IMG/VR virus record: IMGVR_UViG_3300017783_000009
From: an uncultured virus (IMG/VR IMGVR_UViG_3300017783_000009)
Lineage: Duplodnaviria; Heunggongvirae; Uroviricota; Caudoviricetes
Strand: one strand, 5' to 3'
DNA length: 64,000 bases
In this document: piece by piece, positions 29,100 to 38,869 of the stretch
How positions within the stretch are numbered: position 1 is the stretch's first letter
How the letters are laid out: every line of letters starts with the position of its first letter
Program-made: the position numbers and the translations under genes
Notes under the pieces: model-generated
Seen by the model: only the letters and a program-made list of their open reading frames with translations
Database searches by the model: none
What the model was told of the DNA's origin: nothing

Positions 29100-30334
29100 T
29101 TAAATAGGCATGTACCTAATGTCAATAACTGCACTTGTGCTTGGACTTGTATTTAACGTCAATGTTGTTCCATTAACTGAATACTCATTTGGTGAAATTA
29201 TTAATCCATCAATGATAACTAAAATGCTATCAACTGTATGACCTGTTTGTATAGTGTAAGTTGTTGTGCTTGATCCTGTAAACTGATTACTTGTATATGT
29301 TAAATTTAACATTGTATTGTCTACACTGTTTACCGGTAAAACAGCAATTGTGGCATGAGATGATCTATACTTTACATATATTTCGTCACCTGTAAGAGGT
29401 GTAGTGCTAAATGTAATTACTGCTCCACTTAAAGTAAATACATCATTGTGTTGTAATACGCTATTCACATAAACATCAATTGCTTCTACTTGTCCAGGTG
29501 TATCATTTAAAGTAAAATCTACTGTGCTACCATCTCCATAGAAAAACTGAGGTGCTTCATATGTAGCAACTGGAATTGCTAAATCACTTCTAAGTGTTGC
29601 TTCTAGAGTTGTAGCTCTGTTGATGTAGCAAATGCTGTATCTGCTGATTGAAAAGCCGTTACAATTTCACTAAGCGAATCAAGTGTTGCTGGATCAGTAT
29701 TACTAAGAAGATCATCAATTTGATCTTGTAAGTTAGTATCTGCATTTGTTCTATCTGTAATTTCTTGAGTTAATGCAGCATTAATATTATTTGTTACGTT
29801 GCTATCACCAACGCCAAATCTTCCATCATAAGTAGCACCAGTGATGTAAACACTTTTACCTGTAAAACTTTTACCGTCAGGTAAGTTAGTACCAATAAAA
29901 TTTAAAACACCAGATTGATAATCAAAGAACCATTCATCATTGTTGTTAGTTCCTGTAACAAATACTTTGTTAGCAATAACTTCAGCGCCTGCAGCGTCTC
30001 CACTTGTATGAATATATACACTTACTAGATATGTAGATCCAAACTCAGGTGGAATCCAATCTGTAATATCAGTTTTCCAAGTTCTATTACCTGTAGCAGT
30101 AATATCTTCTGTGCATTCTACGGCAGTATAAAGTTTAACTTGATCAGTGTCACTTGATGGTTTTACACTTGGAATATCTCCAGCTTCTGCCCATACTTTA
30201 TCTCCACGTAGTAAAAGTGGACTTGCAATACTTTCGTTTGGTGCTAATTTATTAGCATTAGTATCAGTTTTAGTTACACCAAAACCAACTTTCTTAAATA
30301 GGTAGTCTACCTTTTGTGTGTCGGAAATAGCCAT
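29100..30334 (-). CDS. Single structural gene (about 411 aa) interrupted by a 1-nt frameshift near 29610; combines track ORFs 29603-30334 and 29100-29468
   Basis: The -1 frame across the gap reads TTLEATLRSDLAIPVATYEAPQFFYGDGSTVDFTL...VYVNSVLQ and joins the downstream ORF. Confidence 0.75.
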
Positions 30335-33300
30335 TAACTAACATCCTCCACATCAATATTTGTAATTTGTTGTCCACTTGAAATAGCAACTCTAACTAAT
30401 ACAACATTATTTGTTGCATTACTCATATTCTCACTACCTAATGTCATAGTATAAGTTCCATTCAAGCCTGTGCTAGTAGGAACAACATCTGCTCCAGTAA
30501 ATGCACAACCGTCTGAACCATTGCCCCCATTTGCTGTGTCGCTACCTGGAACACCAACACCGGCATACTGCACTGTACAATCAATCCATCCATTTAGACC
30601 GCTTGCACTATCAATTGCAGTTCCTGGTGCTGCTATCCACAATCCCTCAATACCTGTTGCTGTAATATCAATGCCAAAATTGGCAACAACTTGTCTTTGA
30701 AAGGCAAAAGTAAAATACTGTGTTCCAGTATCTGAACTTCTGTCTGGTCCTACTGGCAAATAGCCTGTACTATAATCTGTTGTATCATGTATAATGTTAC
30801 CCCATCTTACAGTAGCTTCTTGCGTACCCGATACTGTAATTGCACCTGTAAACGGTGTAGAAGTATAGTTTGTAGAACTATTAATTGTTGGAGTATCTGT
30901 AGAGTCACTCACAAAGTCTGCAACACGTGTTCCAGCCGATGTAATAACCCCATTACCAAGCGATGACTCTACAGGTATGGATAACTCCAAAATACCAAAC
31001 GGATTGGATGTATGTACTTGCAGTTTTGTAGGAAGCGATTCAAAATTGCTTGTGCCGTTTACATTATACGCTTTGACTTTGATATCTTCAACAGCAGCAA
31101 TATTACTACTAGTAATATCTACTGTTTGATCTGCAAAGCTATAGTTTAGCGTGTTTGCGTTTGGAATACCACTGGTTAAATATGGGGTATCTTGTAAATC
31201 AGTATATGTCTTATACTGAGTATTAATTGTTGCACCACTAGTGCTTTCATAGTTGGTGCCATTTTGTATTTCTAATACACTTGTAGTATCTCTATAGGCT
31301 TGTCCTATCCAATCACTGATAGTAATTCCACTTACAGTAATTTGTGGACTACCTGAATTGTAATACGGTATACCACTAATGTATCTATATGTGCCACTGT
31401 TGCTTTCTGTCATAGTAGCACTTGATGTATCTACTGTAGGAACGGCAGTGTTGTCATCACTTACCACTGTTACATAGTTTGTATTGCCAGTTTCACTGTG
31501 TTCAATTCTTTGATCATTTACACCTGTTGTGTATTCGCTAAAAGATTTTGTAATTTTAGCATCAAATGTTTGATAAAAATCTGTGGGATATGTTGTGCTG
31601 CTGATACTGTCATTTGCATCACGCTGATCACTAATTACAAGACTATCAAATGTTCCATTTTCATTTAATGCTGTTGTAAATGCTTTTGATCCATCTGCAG
31701 ATCCATTTACAATAGCTGTGGCTGTTCCACTTAACCCATTATATGCATTTTGTGCCACAGACGTGTCAATTGTACCACTTATATATCTTCTTGCTGTTGG
31801 TGTTGATAAACTATCACCAGAACTCAAAGGAGATGTTGCACTATTATCTGTAAACCCATGTGCTAGTGCAGGACTATATCCTTGTGCAGAATCTGTTAGT
31901 TGTATTGTTTTACTACTAAGTCCACTTGGTGCGCTAGGTACAGCATTAACTTGAAAAGTAAGTGTATCTGTATCTGTTTGTGTTGTAATATCAGGTTGTC
32001 CTGTTGCTGTCATTACAAGTTGGTAATTACCTGTAGCAACTCCACTAAAGTCATGAGCTACACTACTTAAATCTGAAGTTGCATCGTTGGCACTACCATC
32101 GTTCCAATTCCAATCAAAAGTATCACCATGTTGTGTTGTATTACTAACTGTAACTAATGCACGATTTACGCCATTATAATCAACACCATCATAAACATCA
32201 TATTGGTTATCTCCATTACGATCGCTAACAGTATCAGCACTACCATTTATACTTGCTCTTACATCTGGCTCAACATGAATTACAAAATCACTACTAAAAA
32301 ATGGACTATTTGTATGTTGACTTACAACCTGTAAATTTCCAGTATAGTCTGTTGCTGTATTATTTCCTGATAAAGTATATTTGTGTGTAATAGACCCACT
32401 TGTATCACCCGACGACCCACTGCCTACATTTACAGTTTGTGTATCACCATCGCCAAATGTCCAAATATATTGTATACCGTATTGCGAATAGCTGCCAATT
32501 GTATTTTCTGTATTATTTGTAAATGTAACTGTTAATCCATTGTTAGCTTCTTCATTTATACCTGTTGTTATATCACTACTTACATCTGGTGTATGTGTAT
32601 CATAAATTTTAAACGATGTATCATCATCCAATGGAACAATACCTGGTGTTGCTGTACTATGACTATCTAATGTAAGTGTAACTTGTCTAGTTACTTCTTG
32701 TTCTGTGCTGGCTGCAAAGGTATGAGAAATTCTTACACCATCTGCTCCGCCTGCTACTGTATCATCTGTAATTACATCATCACTTGAACCATCTCCCCAT
32801 TCCCATGTGTACTGAATTGTTGCACCATTGGTATTTGTAGTTGTGTTTTCAAAGTATACAGTATCACCATCATCCCATGTCGTAATTGCATTACCACCAG
32901 TTAGTGCATCATAAACTGCAAAACTGACCGCAGGATCAGCAGTAAAGATAGTAATATAATCTTCTCTTAGTTTTGATACAGTAGATCCGCTACCGCTACC
33001 CTGATTATTAAATGCTGTAACTTGAACATCATATGGACTACCAGCATTGTTAGCATATGTATGTGTTGGTGTACTATCAGTGGTAGCTGTTGTAACATCT
33101 CCATCACCCCAATTAATAGTATACCTATTTGCATTGCCTTCTGTGGTTATAGTTAATGTAGTTGTTAGTCCTGCACCGCCAACAGTTTGATTAGCTAAAA
33201 AATCAATTGTTCTTACAAATGTATCATTACGAACATTTTCAATTACTTCATTTAAATCATCAATAGCTTCTGTGAGAGTTTGTGCAGAATCAAATCCTTG

Positions 33301-33543
33301 ATATGCACCATCAGTAAATTGACCATCCGGTGGTGTACCTAGCAAAAGATTTGCTTGACCTGTTGCACCACTTAATGCATTATCTAAATAAATTTTTGTT
33401 ACAAGGTCTTGATTATCAACTGGATCTGATGCATTTTTTACAATCTTAGTAGAAACATCTATATTGTCTCCAACACCAGCATCTAGTTTTAAATCTGATT
33501 CAGATGAAATTTTGCCTGTTGAATGATTAATATTAATTGCCAT
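30334..33543 (-). CDS. Large structural protein with PKD/Ig-like repeats
   Basis: Repeated YTINWGDG, YTWEWGDG, YIWTFGDG and FDWNWNDG motifs; AGGAG RBS. Confidence 0.85.
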   Translation of the reverse strand: MAININHSTGKISSESDLKLDAGVGDNIDVSTKIVKNASDPVDNQDLVTKIYLDNALSGATGQANLLLGTPPDGQFTDGAYQGFDSAQTLTEAIDDLNEVIENVRNDTFVRTIDFLANQTVGGAGLTTTLTITTEGNANRYTINWGDGDVTTATTDSTPTHTYANNAGSPYDVQVTAFNNQGSGSGSTVSKLREDYITIFTADPAVSFAVYDALTGGNAITTWDDGDTVYFENTTTNTNGATIQYTWEWGDGSSDDVITDDTVAGGADGVRISHTFAASTEQEVTRQVTLTLDSHSTATPGIVPLDDDTSFKIYDTHTPDVSSDITTGINEEANNGLTVTFTNNTENTIGSYSQYGIQYIWTFGDGDTQTVNVGSGSSGDTSGSITHKYTLSGNNTATDYTGNLQVVSQHTNSPFFSSDFVIHVEPDVRASINGSADTVSDRNGDNQYDVYDGVDYNGVNRALVTVSNTTQHGDTFDWNWNDGSANDATSDLSSVAHDFSGVATGNYQLVMTATGQPDITTQTDTDTLTFQVNAVPSAPSGLSSKTIQLTDSAQGYSPALAHGFTDNSATSPLSSGDSLSTPTARRYISGTIDTSVAQNAYNGLSGTATAIVNGSADGSKAFTTALNENGTFDSLVISDQRDANDSISSTTYPTDFYQTFDAKITKSFSEYTTGVNDQRIEHSETGNTNYVTVVSDDNTAVPTVDTSSATMTESNSGTYRYISGIPYYNSGSPQITVSGITISDWIGQAYRDTTSVLEIQNGTNYESTSGATINTQYKTYTDLQDTPYLTSGIPNANTLNYSFADQTVDITSSNIAAVEDIKVKAYNVNGTSNFESLPTKLQVHTSNPFGILELSIPVESSLGNGVITSAGTRVADFVSDSTDTPTINSSTNYTSTPFTGAITVSGTQEATVRWGNIIHDTTDYSTGYLPVGPDRSSDTGTQYFTFAFQRQVVANFGIDITATGIEGLWIAAPGTAIDSASGLNGWIDCTVQYAGVGVPGSDTANGGNGSDGCAFTGADVVPTSTGLNGTYTMTLGSENMSNATNNVVLVRVAISSGQQITNIDVEDVS

Positions 33544-33650
33544 AAACTACTCCTGGTTTGGAGTATTTGTGGCATTTTATAAAATTTACGTCACACGACA
33601 TTTTACTACTTCCTCTTTGTAACATCCCTTCTGGGTTCTTACGTATTTTA

Positions 33651-34241
33651 CTAGTTTACACTAGCTCGGAAGGTAGAAATTATGTTCCAAGAGCCATTTA
33701 CAAATAACAATGTAGCACTGTCTCCCACATTTGTAAATGTAACACTTGCAAAACTATTAGCATTAGTTGGTGTTACTACAACTGGCGCAGTTGGTTGCAC
33801 CGTTGTTACAATAATTTTTACATCCCCATTGGTTGTGTCAGCCAGTGTTACTGCTGCATTTGTTGATGCATTAATTTCTATGACTGTATTATTGGATGTA
33901 AAATCTGTAGTAGATGATTGTGAGATATTTACTGTATTCGCATACAATGCGCTCCAGTATTTCGTTGTGCTTCCTAAATTATAAGTATCCGTGGAACTTG
34001 GTTCTACGTTACTCGATATATTACTGTTAAGTGTAAGTGTGCCGCCTGTATTACCTAAACTTATTACATCGCCGTTTACTACTAGCGTCCCATTTACAAA
34101 TAAATCGTTGTTAATAAATGCTCCACCTTTTACAATTAGTGCAGATTCTGGATTATTTACGTCAACGTTATTTAAATCGCTAAAATTGAGACTACTTTCA
34201 ATTACAAATCGATCAGCATCTGGTTTTACATGCGTAGACAT
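33651..34241 (-). CDS. Fibre-like structural protein
   Basis: PSSTDTYNLGSTTKYW motif resembles PSADNTYDLGSPTKVW of the 21837-23939 fibre; late promoter 34269-34276. Confidence 0.7.
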   Translation of the reverse strand: MSTHVKPDADRFVIESSLNFSDLNNVDVNNPESALIVKGGAFINNDLFVNGTLVVNGDVISLGNTGGTLTLNSNISSNVEPSSTDTYNLGSTTKYWSALYANTVNISQSSTTDFTSNNTVIEINASTNAAVTLADTTNGDVKIIVTTVQPTAPVVVTPTNANSFASVTFTNVGDSATLLFVNGSWNIISTFRASVN

Positions 34242-34301
34242 TGCTTCCTTACTTCCTTTATATAGTTTTATTTATGACAATTCTGTTGTAGTATAATAGT
34301 T

Positions 34302-34850
34302 TTATTTTTTGAATAAATTGTATACTTTTTCATGCCATTCTACACCAGGATGTGCATTATCATTGCCTAATTTATCATTTGGTATACAGTTAACATCTGT
34401 GCTATACAAACGTATATTTTTTATTTCACAAAAACTTTGTAATAATAATTTGTTTTTTTCATAATTATATTGATCGCTATAATCATTGATCAGTTCTGCA
34501 CTTGCTTTATGCCATACATAATTTTTTGATCCAGGATCAAATGCTTTAAACTTTAAAAATGTTCCAGTATCATCAACAACTTCTCTACGATTTTTAAAAG
34601 TCCACATTACATATATTTTTCCAGGACTATACTTGTTACAATACTCTATTGCAGTTCTGCATATTTTATCATTACTAGCACCATTTAATCCACAATTAGC
34701 TATGTTAAGTAAAAAGCTCCAAGTTTGATCAGCATACACACCTACACCTTCTGTAAAACTACAACCAAATGAAGCAGATACACCGTTATCAAAATCAATA
34801 AGTGATCTAAAGTTATCCGATGTAGGGGGATTCCAATTATTAAAATACAT
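34302..34850 (-). CDS. Second SGNH/GDSL-like hydrolase; start refined to MYFNNW
   Basis: FGCSFTEG, NCGLNGAS, DNAHPG. Confidence 0.75.
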   Translation of the reverse strand: MYFNNWNPPTSDNFRSLIDFDNGVSASFGCSFTEGVGVYADQTWSFLLNIANCGLNGASNDKICRTAIEYCNKYSPGKIYVMWTFKNRREVVDDTGTFLKFKAFDPGSKNYVWHKASAELINDYSDQYNYEKNKLLLQSFCEIKNIRLYSTDVNCIPNDKLGNDNAHPGVEWHEKVYNLFKK

Positions 34851-34856
34851 ATCTCT

Positions 34857-34885
34857 ATTATACAACTTTTAGATTTACAAGTCAA
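34857..34885 (-). promoter_or_regulatory. Sigma70-type promoter
   Basis: TTGACT-N17-TATAAT. Confidence 0.85.
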
Positions 34886-34886
34886 T

Positions 34887-34913
34887 AAAAAACCCCACCG
34901 AAGTGAGGTTTTT
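34887..34913 (-). terminator. Intrinsic terminator with cUUCGg tetraloop
   Basis: AAAAACCUCAC-UUCG-GUGGGGUUUUUU. Confidence 0.9.
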
Positions 34914-35087
34914 AAAAGTGGGCAAAGGATACCACCCTCTAAAGACGCACCGACAAAACTTGGTTCTGCTAACTGTCATCTTACCTGCCTGCACCCGCTA
35001 AGGCGAACCGCTAAGTTCCTTTGGCATTGCCTTAGTTCCGCTTTGTTAGAACTTATTCGGCCAACCCGTATAACAACGTCTTGTTAT
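34887..35087 (-). ncRNA. Candidate ~200-nt structured non-coding RNA, family not recognised
   Basis: GC-rich island bounded by its own sigma70 promoter and UUCG terminator; several helices; no convincing ORF. Confidence 0.7.
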
Positions 35088-35093
35088 GTTACT

Positions 35094-35122
35094 AATATAA
35101 CAAAGTTATACCAGGATGTCAA
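35094..35122 (-). promoter_or_regulatory. Sigma70-type promoter of the candidate ncRNA
   Basis: TTGACA-N17-TATATT with an A-tract UP element. Confidence 0.8.
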
Positions 35123-35142
35123 CCTTTTTTTAAACTTTTTTT

Positions 35143-35700
35143 TTAAATGTTATTAATAAATTGTTCTAGATCGTTTGGCAGAACAGGATTTTCCATTCTC
35201 TCTGGATGCCAAACTATACCCCATACTTTATTAATATTATGTTTGAATGCTTCAATGTCACCTTCTTTTGTGATAGCAGTAGGTAAAAATCCCTCTGCTA
35301 ATTTTAAAATTTTGTTTTGATGATAGCTGTTTACTACAACAGATTTATTATCCATTGTAACTTCATGTTCCGTTTTATAATGATCCTCACATTCTATATT
35401 AATACCTTCTTCAAGTTGATTAATTAAAAATGCTCCGTGGCAAACTCCTAGTACAGGTTTTTTTTGTTTATAACACTCGGTAAGTAGTCTTATTTCTGTT
35501 ATTATCCTAGGACTACTCGCATCGCCACCTGTAAAGATTACCATGTCTAAGTCTTTGATTACATTAGAAAAATCTTGTTCTGGATTGTTTGCTATATTAA
35601 AAAGCGTATGATCGCTTAGTAGGTTGTACCAACCATGTTCTAAACAATCATACGCAAAATCATTGTAATGGAATATGCGTTGCGTTAACCCAATATTCAT
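35143..35700 (-). CDS. Class I glutamine amidotransferase / peptidase C26-like (gamma-glutamyl hydrolase)
   Basis: FTGGD, GVCHG (catalytic Cys), VNSYH, WHPE. Confidence 0.88.
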   Translation of the reverse strand: MNIGLTQRIFHYNDFAYDCLEHGWYNLLSDHTLFNIANNPEQDFSNVIKDLDMVIFTGGDASSPRIITEIRLLTECYKQKKPVLGVCHGAFLINQLEEGINIECEDHYKTEHEVTMDNKSVVVNSYHQNKILKLAEGFLPTAITKEGDIEAFKHNINKVWGIVWHPERMENPVLPNDLEQFINNI

Positions 35701-35712
35701 TACAATTAATCC

Positions 35713-36414
35713 TTACCAACCGTAAGCTTCATTAACTAGTTCACGTGAACCAGATGCTTCAACTGTGTTTTCACATGAAACTTCGAATAGGTCTTTTCTC
35801 ATACCGTCAACGATTTTTGTTACGTGTGCTTGAACTTCTGGTGTAGTTGCAATTGATTCTAATTTCATTGCACCAATAGTTGAATGGAATCCTTCGTCTT
35901 TAGCAATTTTAGCATATGACTTTGCAATGAATGAATCTTCAATTGTTTCTGCCATTTGTGACCATACTGCTGCCGCACGACCTTCTGCAACGATTTGATA
36001 TACAGCTAGAGCTGCTGGATCTTCTGCCGCTTCATATGCGTCTAGTAGATCTGCACCTTTAGCTTGTGGCTTAGCCGCTTCTTTTGCCATAGCATCAGCA
36101 ACGTCTAGTTCTTCGCCAGTGATTTTTTCGATGCATTCTTTTACCATACGGAAGTGAATTGCTTCGTCCATCGCTTGCTTTGAAAGGTTTTGTAATTCAA
36201 CAGGATCTGCATCAGCTGGCATGTTAGCCACTTGTGCTGAAATCTCAACCATGTTCATTCTTTCGTTAACCATACGTCCAGTGAAATGCTCAACTAGAGC
36301 TTCCATTGAATTGTCTTTTGACTCAAAGTATGCTTTAACGTTCATTTTTGAAGCTGTGAAAAGTGCTTCGTTGTCTTTTTGTAGCTGTGCTACAAATTCA
36401 GTTGATGTAGTCAT
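35713..36414 (-). CDS. Ferritin-like di-iron four-helix-bundle protein; start refined to MTTSTE
   Basis: E...DEAIH...E...DEGFH carboxylate/His ligand pattern; GGAG RBS. Confidence 0.8.
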   Translation of the reverse strand: MTTSTEFVAQLQKDNEALFTASKMNVKAYFESKDNSMEALVEHFTGRMVNERMNMVEISAQVANMPADADPVELQNLSKQAMDEAIHFRMVKECIEKITGEELDVADAMAKEAAKPQAKGADLLDAYEAAEDPAALAVYQIVAEGRAAAVWSQMAETIEDSFIAKSYAKIAKDEGFHSTIGAMKLESIATTPEVQAHVTKIVDGMRKDLFEVSCENTVEASGSRELVNEAYGW

Positions 36415-36584
36415 TGTAATATTCTCCATTTTGACTTAATGTAAGTTTACTTTTGTAAACCATGAATAAAACATTTATTTTTAATGAATAAATGAGTCAC
36501 ACCCTTTAATATAACAACTCTGTTATAATCAGTGTAAACCATCATTGATGATGTAGCACAACTCTGTGCTACACCATTATTTAT

Positions 36585-37544
36585 CTAAAGCCCGTTTGGA
36601 ACAATTATATAATGAATTGTTAGCACAACACCAACTGATGCTGCAAGTCCAATCATCATTTTAAAGAAGTCACGTGTAACAAGTGGAAACACTGTTTTAA
36701 ACTTGTGCTTGCCTGTCATTGTTGCCATAGCTAATTCTCTACCACATAGCAAACCAACAAACACCCAAGTCGTTGACATAGGAATATCATTTAGCTCTTT
36801 GAAGAACCAAAGTATTAACCAATATACTAAATCAATTATTGTAGCACTTCTTACATATCTTGTATTGTGTTTTTCAATGACAATATTTTGTATTTTGCCT
36901 CCACCTTCTCGAAACATAAAATAAAGTCCACCAACAAATATTAAACTTACTAATACCATTAAATCCCAAGGAATTTGACGTGGTAAAAATACAGCAATAT
37001 TTGCCATATCATGTGACAACCAAGTAAACCACAACAATCCTGTTGTTATCCATTGTCCAATGCGCCACAAATGTTTGTGTTCTTCTTTAACTGGCTTTGC
37101 TTCGTTGAGTAACTTGCTTACTACAAGCCAAATGGTGTAAGCTGCAACTGCGGCTACTGCATATCCCATCATAGATTTCATTAGCATTTTTTCTAGCACA
37201 AATGTACTTGCAAATGCACTCAATACTAGGAAACTTGTACTAACTGGTACACCTATCCTTGTAAGTATTAGTAATAGTCCAGGCGCCATTGCATGGTACC
37301 ATTTTATTTCTTGAAAAGGTATTTTATTTAAGCGTCCATAACTAATGTCGCCTCCGTTCATATACCACCCATACCAAAGTGTATATATTAAAACCGCTGA
37401 AGCAGCGGCCCACATTGTTCTCCAATGAAATTTTTCGTTGTTTGATGCAATCCAAGTGCCCAACGTTTGCACCGAATCATTTGCTATAACTGCATAGGCC
37501 GCAAATAAAAAGCCTACCAGCATCCATACTGTGAGTAGTTCCAT
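36585..37544 (-). CDS. Polytopic membrane protein, probable PiT/PHO4-family phosphate transporter
   Basis: Two GANDxAN-like signatures (IANDSVQ, LSHDMAN) and paired PVSTS/PMSTT motifs. Confidence 0.65.
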   Translation of the reverse strand: MELLTVWMLVGFLFAAYAVIANDSVQTLGTWIASNNEKFHWRTMWAAASAVLIYTLWYGWYMNGGDISYGRLNKIPFQEIKWYHAMAPGLLLILTRIGVPVSTSFLVLSAFASTFVLEKMLMKSMMGYAVAAVAAYTIWLVVSKLLNEAKPVKEEHKHLWRIGQWITTGLLWFTWLSHDMANIAVFLPRQIPWDLMVLVSLIFVGGLYFMFREGGGKIQNIVIEKHNTRYVRSATIIDLVYWLILWFFKELNDIPMSTTWVFVGLLCGRELAMATMTGKHKFKTVFPLVTRDFFKMMIGLAASVGVVLTIHYIIVPNGL

Positions 37545-37639
37545 AATTTTCTCCTTTGCTTGATGGCTTTACCCCATCGCTCACAAATGTAACATTATGT
37601 TACATTTTATTTATAGCATAGAAAATAAAATAGATCAAT

Positions 37640-37668
37640 AAAAAAGCAGGACCGAAGTCCTGCTTTTC
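37640..37668 (-). terminator. Intrinsic terminator after the capsid gene
   Basis: AAAGCAGGAC-UUCG-GUCCUGCUUUUUU. Confidence 0.92.
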
Positions 37669-37692
37669 TTGTTTTTGTATTCCAAGTAATTC

Positions 37693-38856
37693 TTACTGGA
37701 ATGATAGTGCTGCTGAGTCAACATCGATTTTAGCTAGGTAGTCTGCTGCATTACCAAGTGATGAAGCCTGGTTGTTTAGCTCTACGTAACCGTAACGTGT
37801 CATGAATGACACTGTTGGTTCGAATGTTGCTGGATCTAGGACTGTGCCTGATGACATTAGTGGGATATATGGGCAGTAGAATGCTGCTGCGTCAATCTCG
37901 CCGTCACCTTTGTAGCCTACTAGAAGCGGTGCGTTGTCTGCTGCATACTGGTCTACGAACACTCTCATTGTGTTGTTTAAAGTACCTACAAATTTTGTAT
38001 TTGTTGGTGCTTCAAAAGGACCTTCAGTTGTACGTGCAAATGCTGATGTTGTTGCTGACTGTAGTACAGTTAGCATTGTTGGTGAGATAACAACATAGTT
38101 ACCTGCGCCTCGGCGTGTTCTTGCCGCGATTAGGTTTGCTGCTCTGTTGATTAGCACTGCTAGTGCCGCATGCTGATCACCAACGAATGTTGCAGTTCCT
38201 GATACGTTCGCTTGATCGTATGTGTCAGTTGCTGCACCTGCTAGTGTGCGTAGTGATGTTAGAACTTCTTGGTCGATTTCAGCAGTAATCTCTTGTGCAA
38301 GTGCTTGCATGATTTCTGCTTCAACGTCTAGACCGTGCATTGAATTAGCATCTTGTGCCGCTTCAAATGTCCAACGTGCTGATAGCTTACGTGTTTTAGC
38401 TTCCACTGTCTGCTTTAGAACTTGGATGCTTAGTTTACGTCCTGCATCAGCTTCTAGGTTTGCAGTTGCGTCTGCTGTGCCGTTTGATGCATCGCCTGAA
38501 TAACCTTTTGCGATTGCAAATGGTGATAGTGCTTCGTCACCAGCTGATACACCAGCTGCTGTTTGACCGTATCGCACACGTAGAGTGTGAATTTGGCCCA
38601 CTGGACCTGTCATTGGCTGAACACCAACTAATTCGTTTGCAATAACTGTTGGCATTACACGACGAATTACTGGTAGGATCACTTTGTTAAGTGATGCAAT
38701 GTTGCCTGCCATAGTTGAGCCTGCTGCTGCTGATTCTGAAAGGTAGCTCTTTGTATTTTCTAGAACTGATTCCATTACCACCTTCTTGTTGCCAGCTAGA
38801 CCATCTGTTAGGGCTTCTCTTGTTACGTCCCAATTTTCAAATAGATTCTGTGTCAT
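37693..38856 (-). CDS. gp23: Major capsid protein (gp23-like)
   Basis: VGVQPMTGPVGQI, VEAKTRKLSARWTFEAAQD, FYCPYIPL, TRYG. Confidence 0.98.
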   Translation of the reverse strand: MTQNLFENWDVTREALTDGLAGNKKVVMESVLENTKSYLSESAAAGSTMAGNIASLNKVILPVIRRVMPTVIANELVGVQPMTGPVGQIHTLRVRYGQTAAGVSAGDEALSPFAIAKGYSGDASNGTADATANLEADAGRKLSIQVLKQTVEAKTRKLSARWTFEAAQDANSMHGLDVEAEIMQALAQEITAEIDQEVLTSLRTLAGAATDTYDQANVSGTATFVGDQHAALAVLINRAANLIAARTRRGAGNYVVISPTMLTVLQSATTSAFARTTEGPFEAPTNTKFVGTLNNTMRVFVDQYAADNAPLLVGYKGDGEIDAAAFYCPYIPLMSSGTVLDPATFEPTVSFMTRYGYVELNNQASSLGNAADYLAKIDVDSAALSFQ

Positions 38857-38869
38857 TTTGGTATACTCC

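Noticed and set aside
29580..29605. TAG read-through or alternative genetic code
   Set aside because: The same frame hits another TAG eight codons later and the protein continues in the -1 frame; conserved genes elsewhere are intact under the standard code
34887..35087. Firm call as RNase P RNA or tRNA
   Set aside because: Only loose 3' resemblance to RNase P; CR-I GAGGAAAGUCC is absent; no cloverleaf
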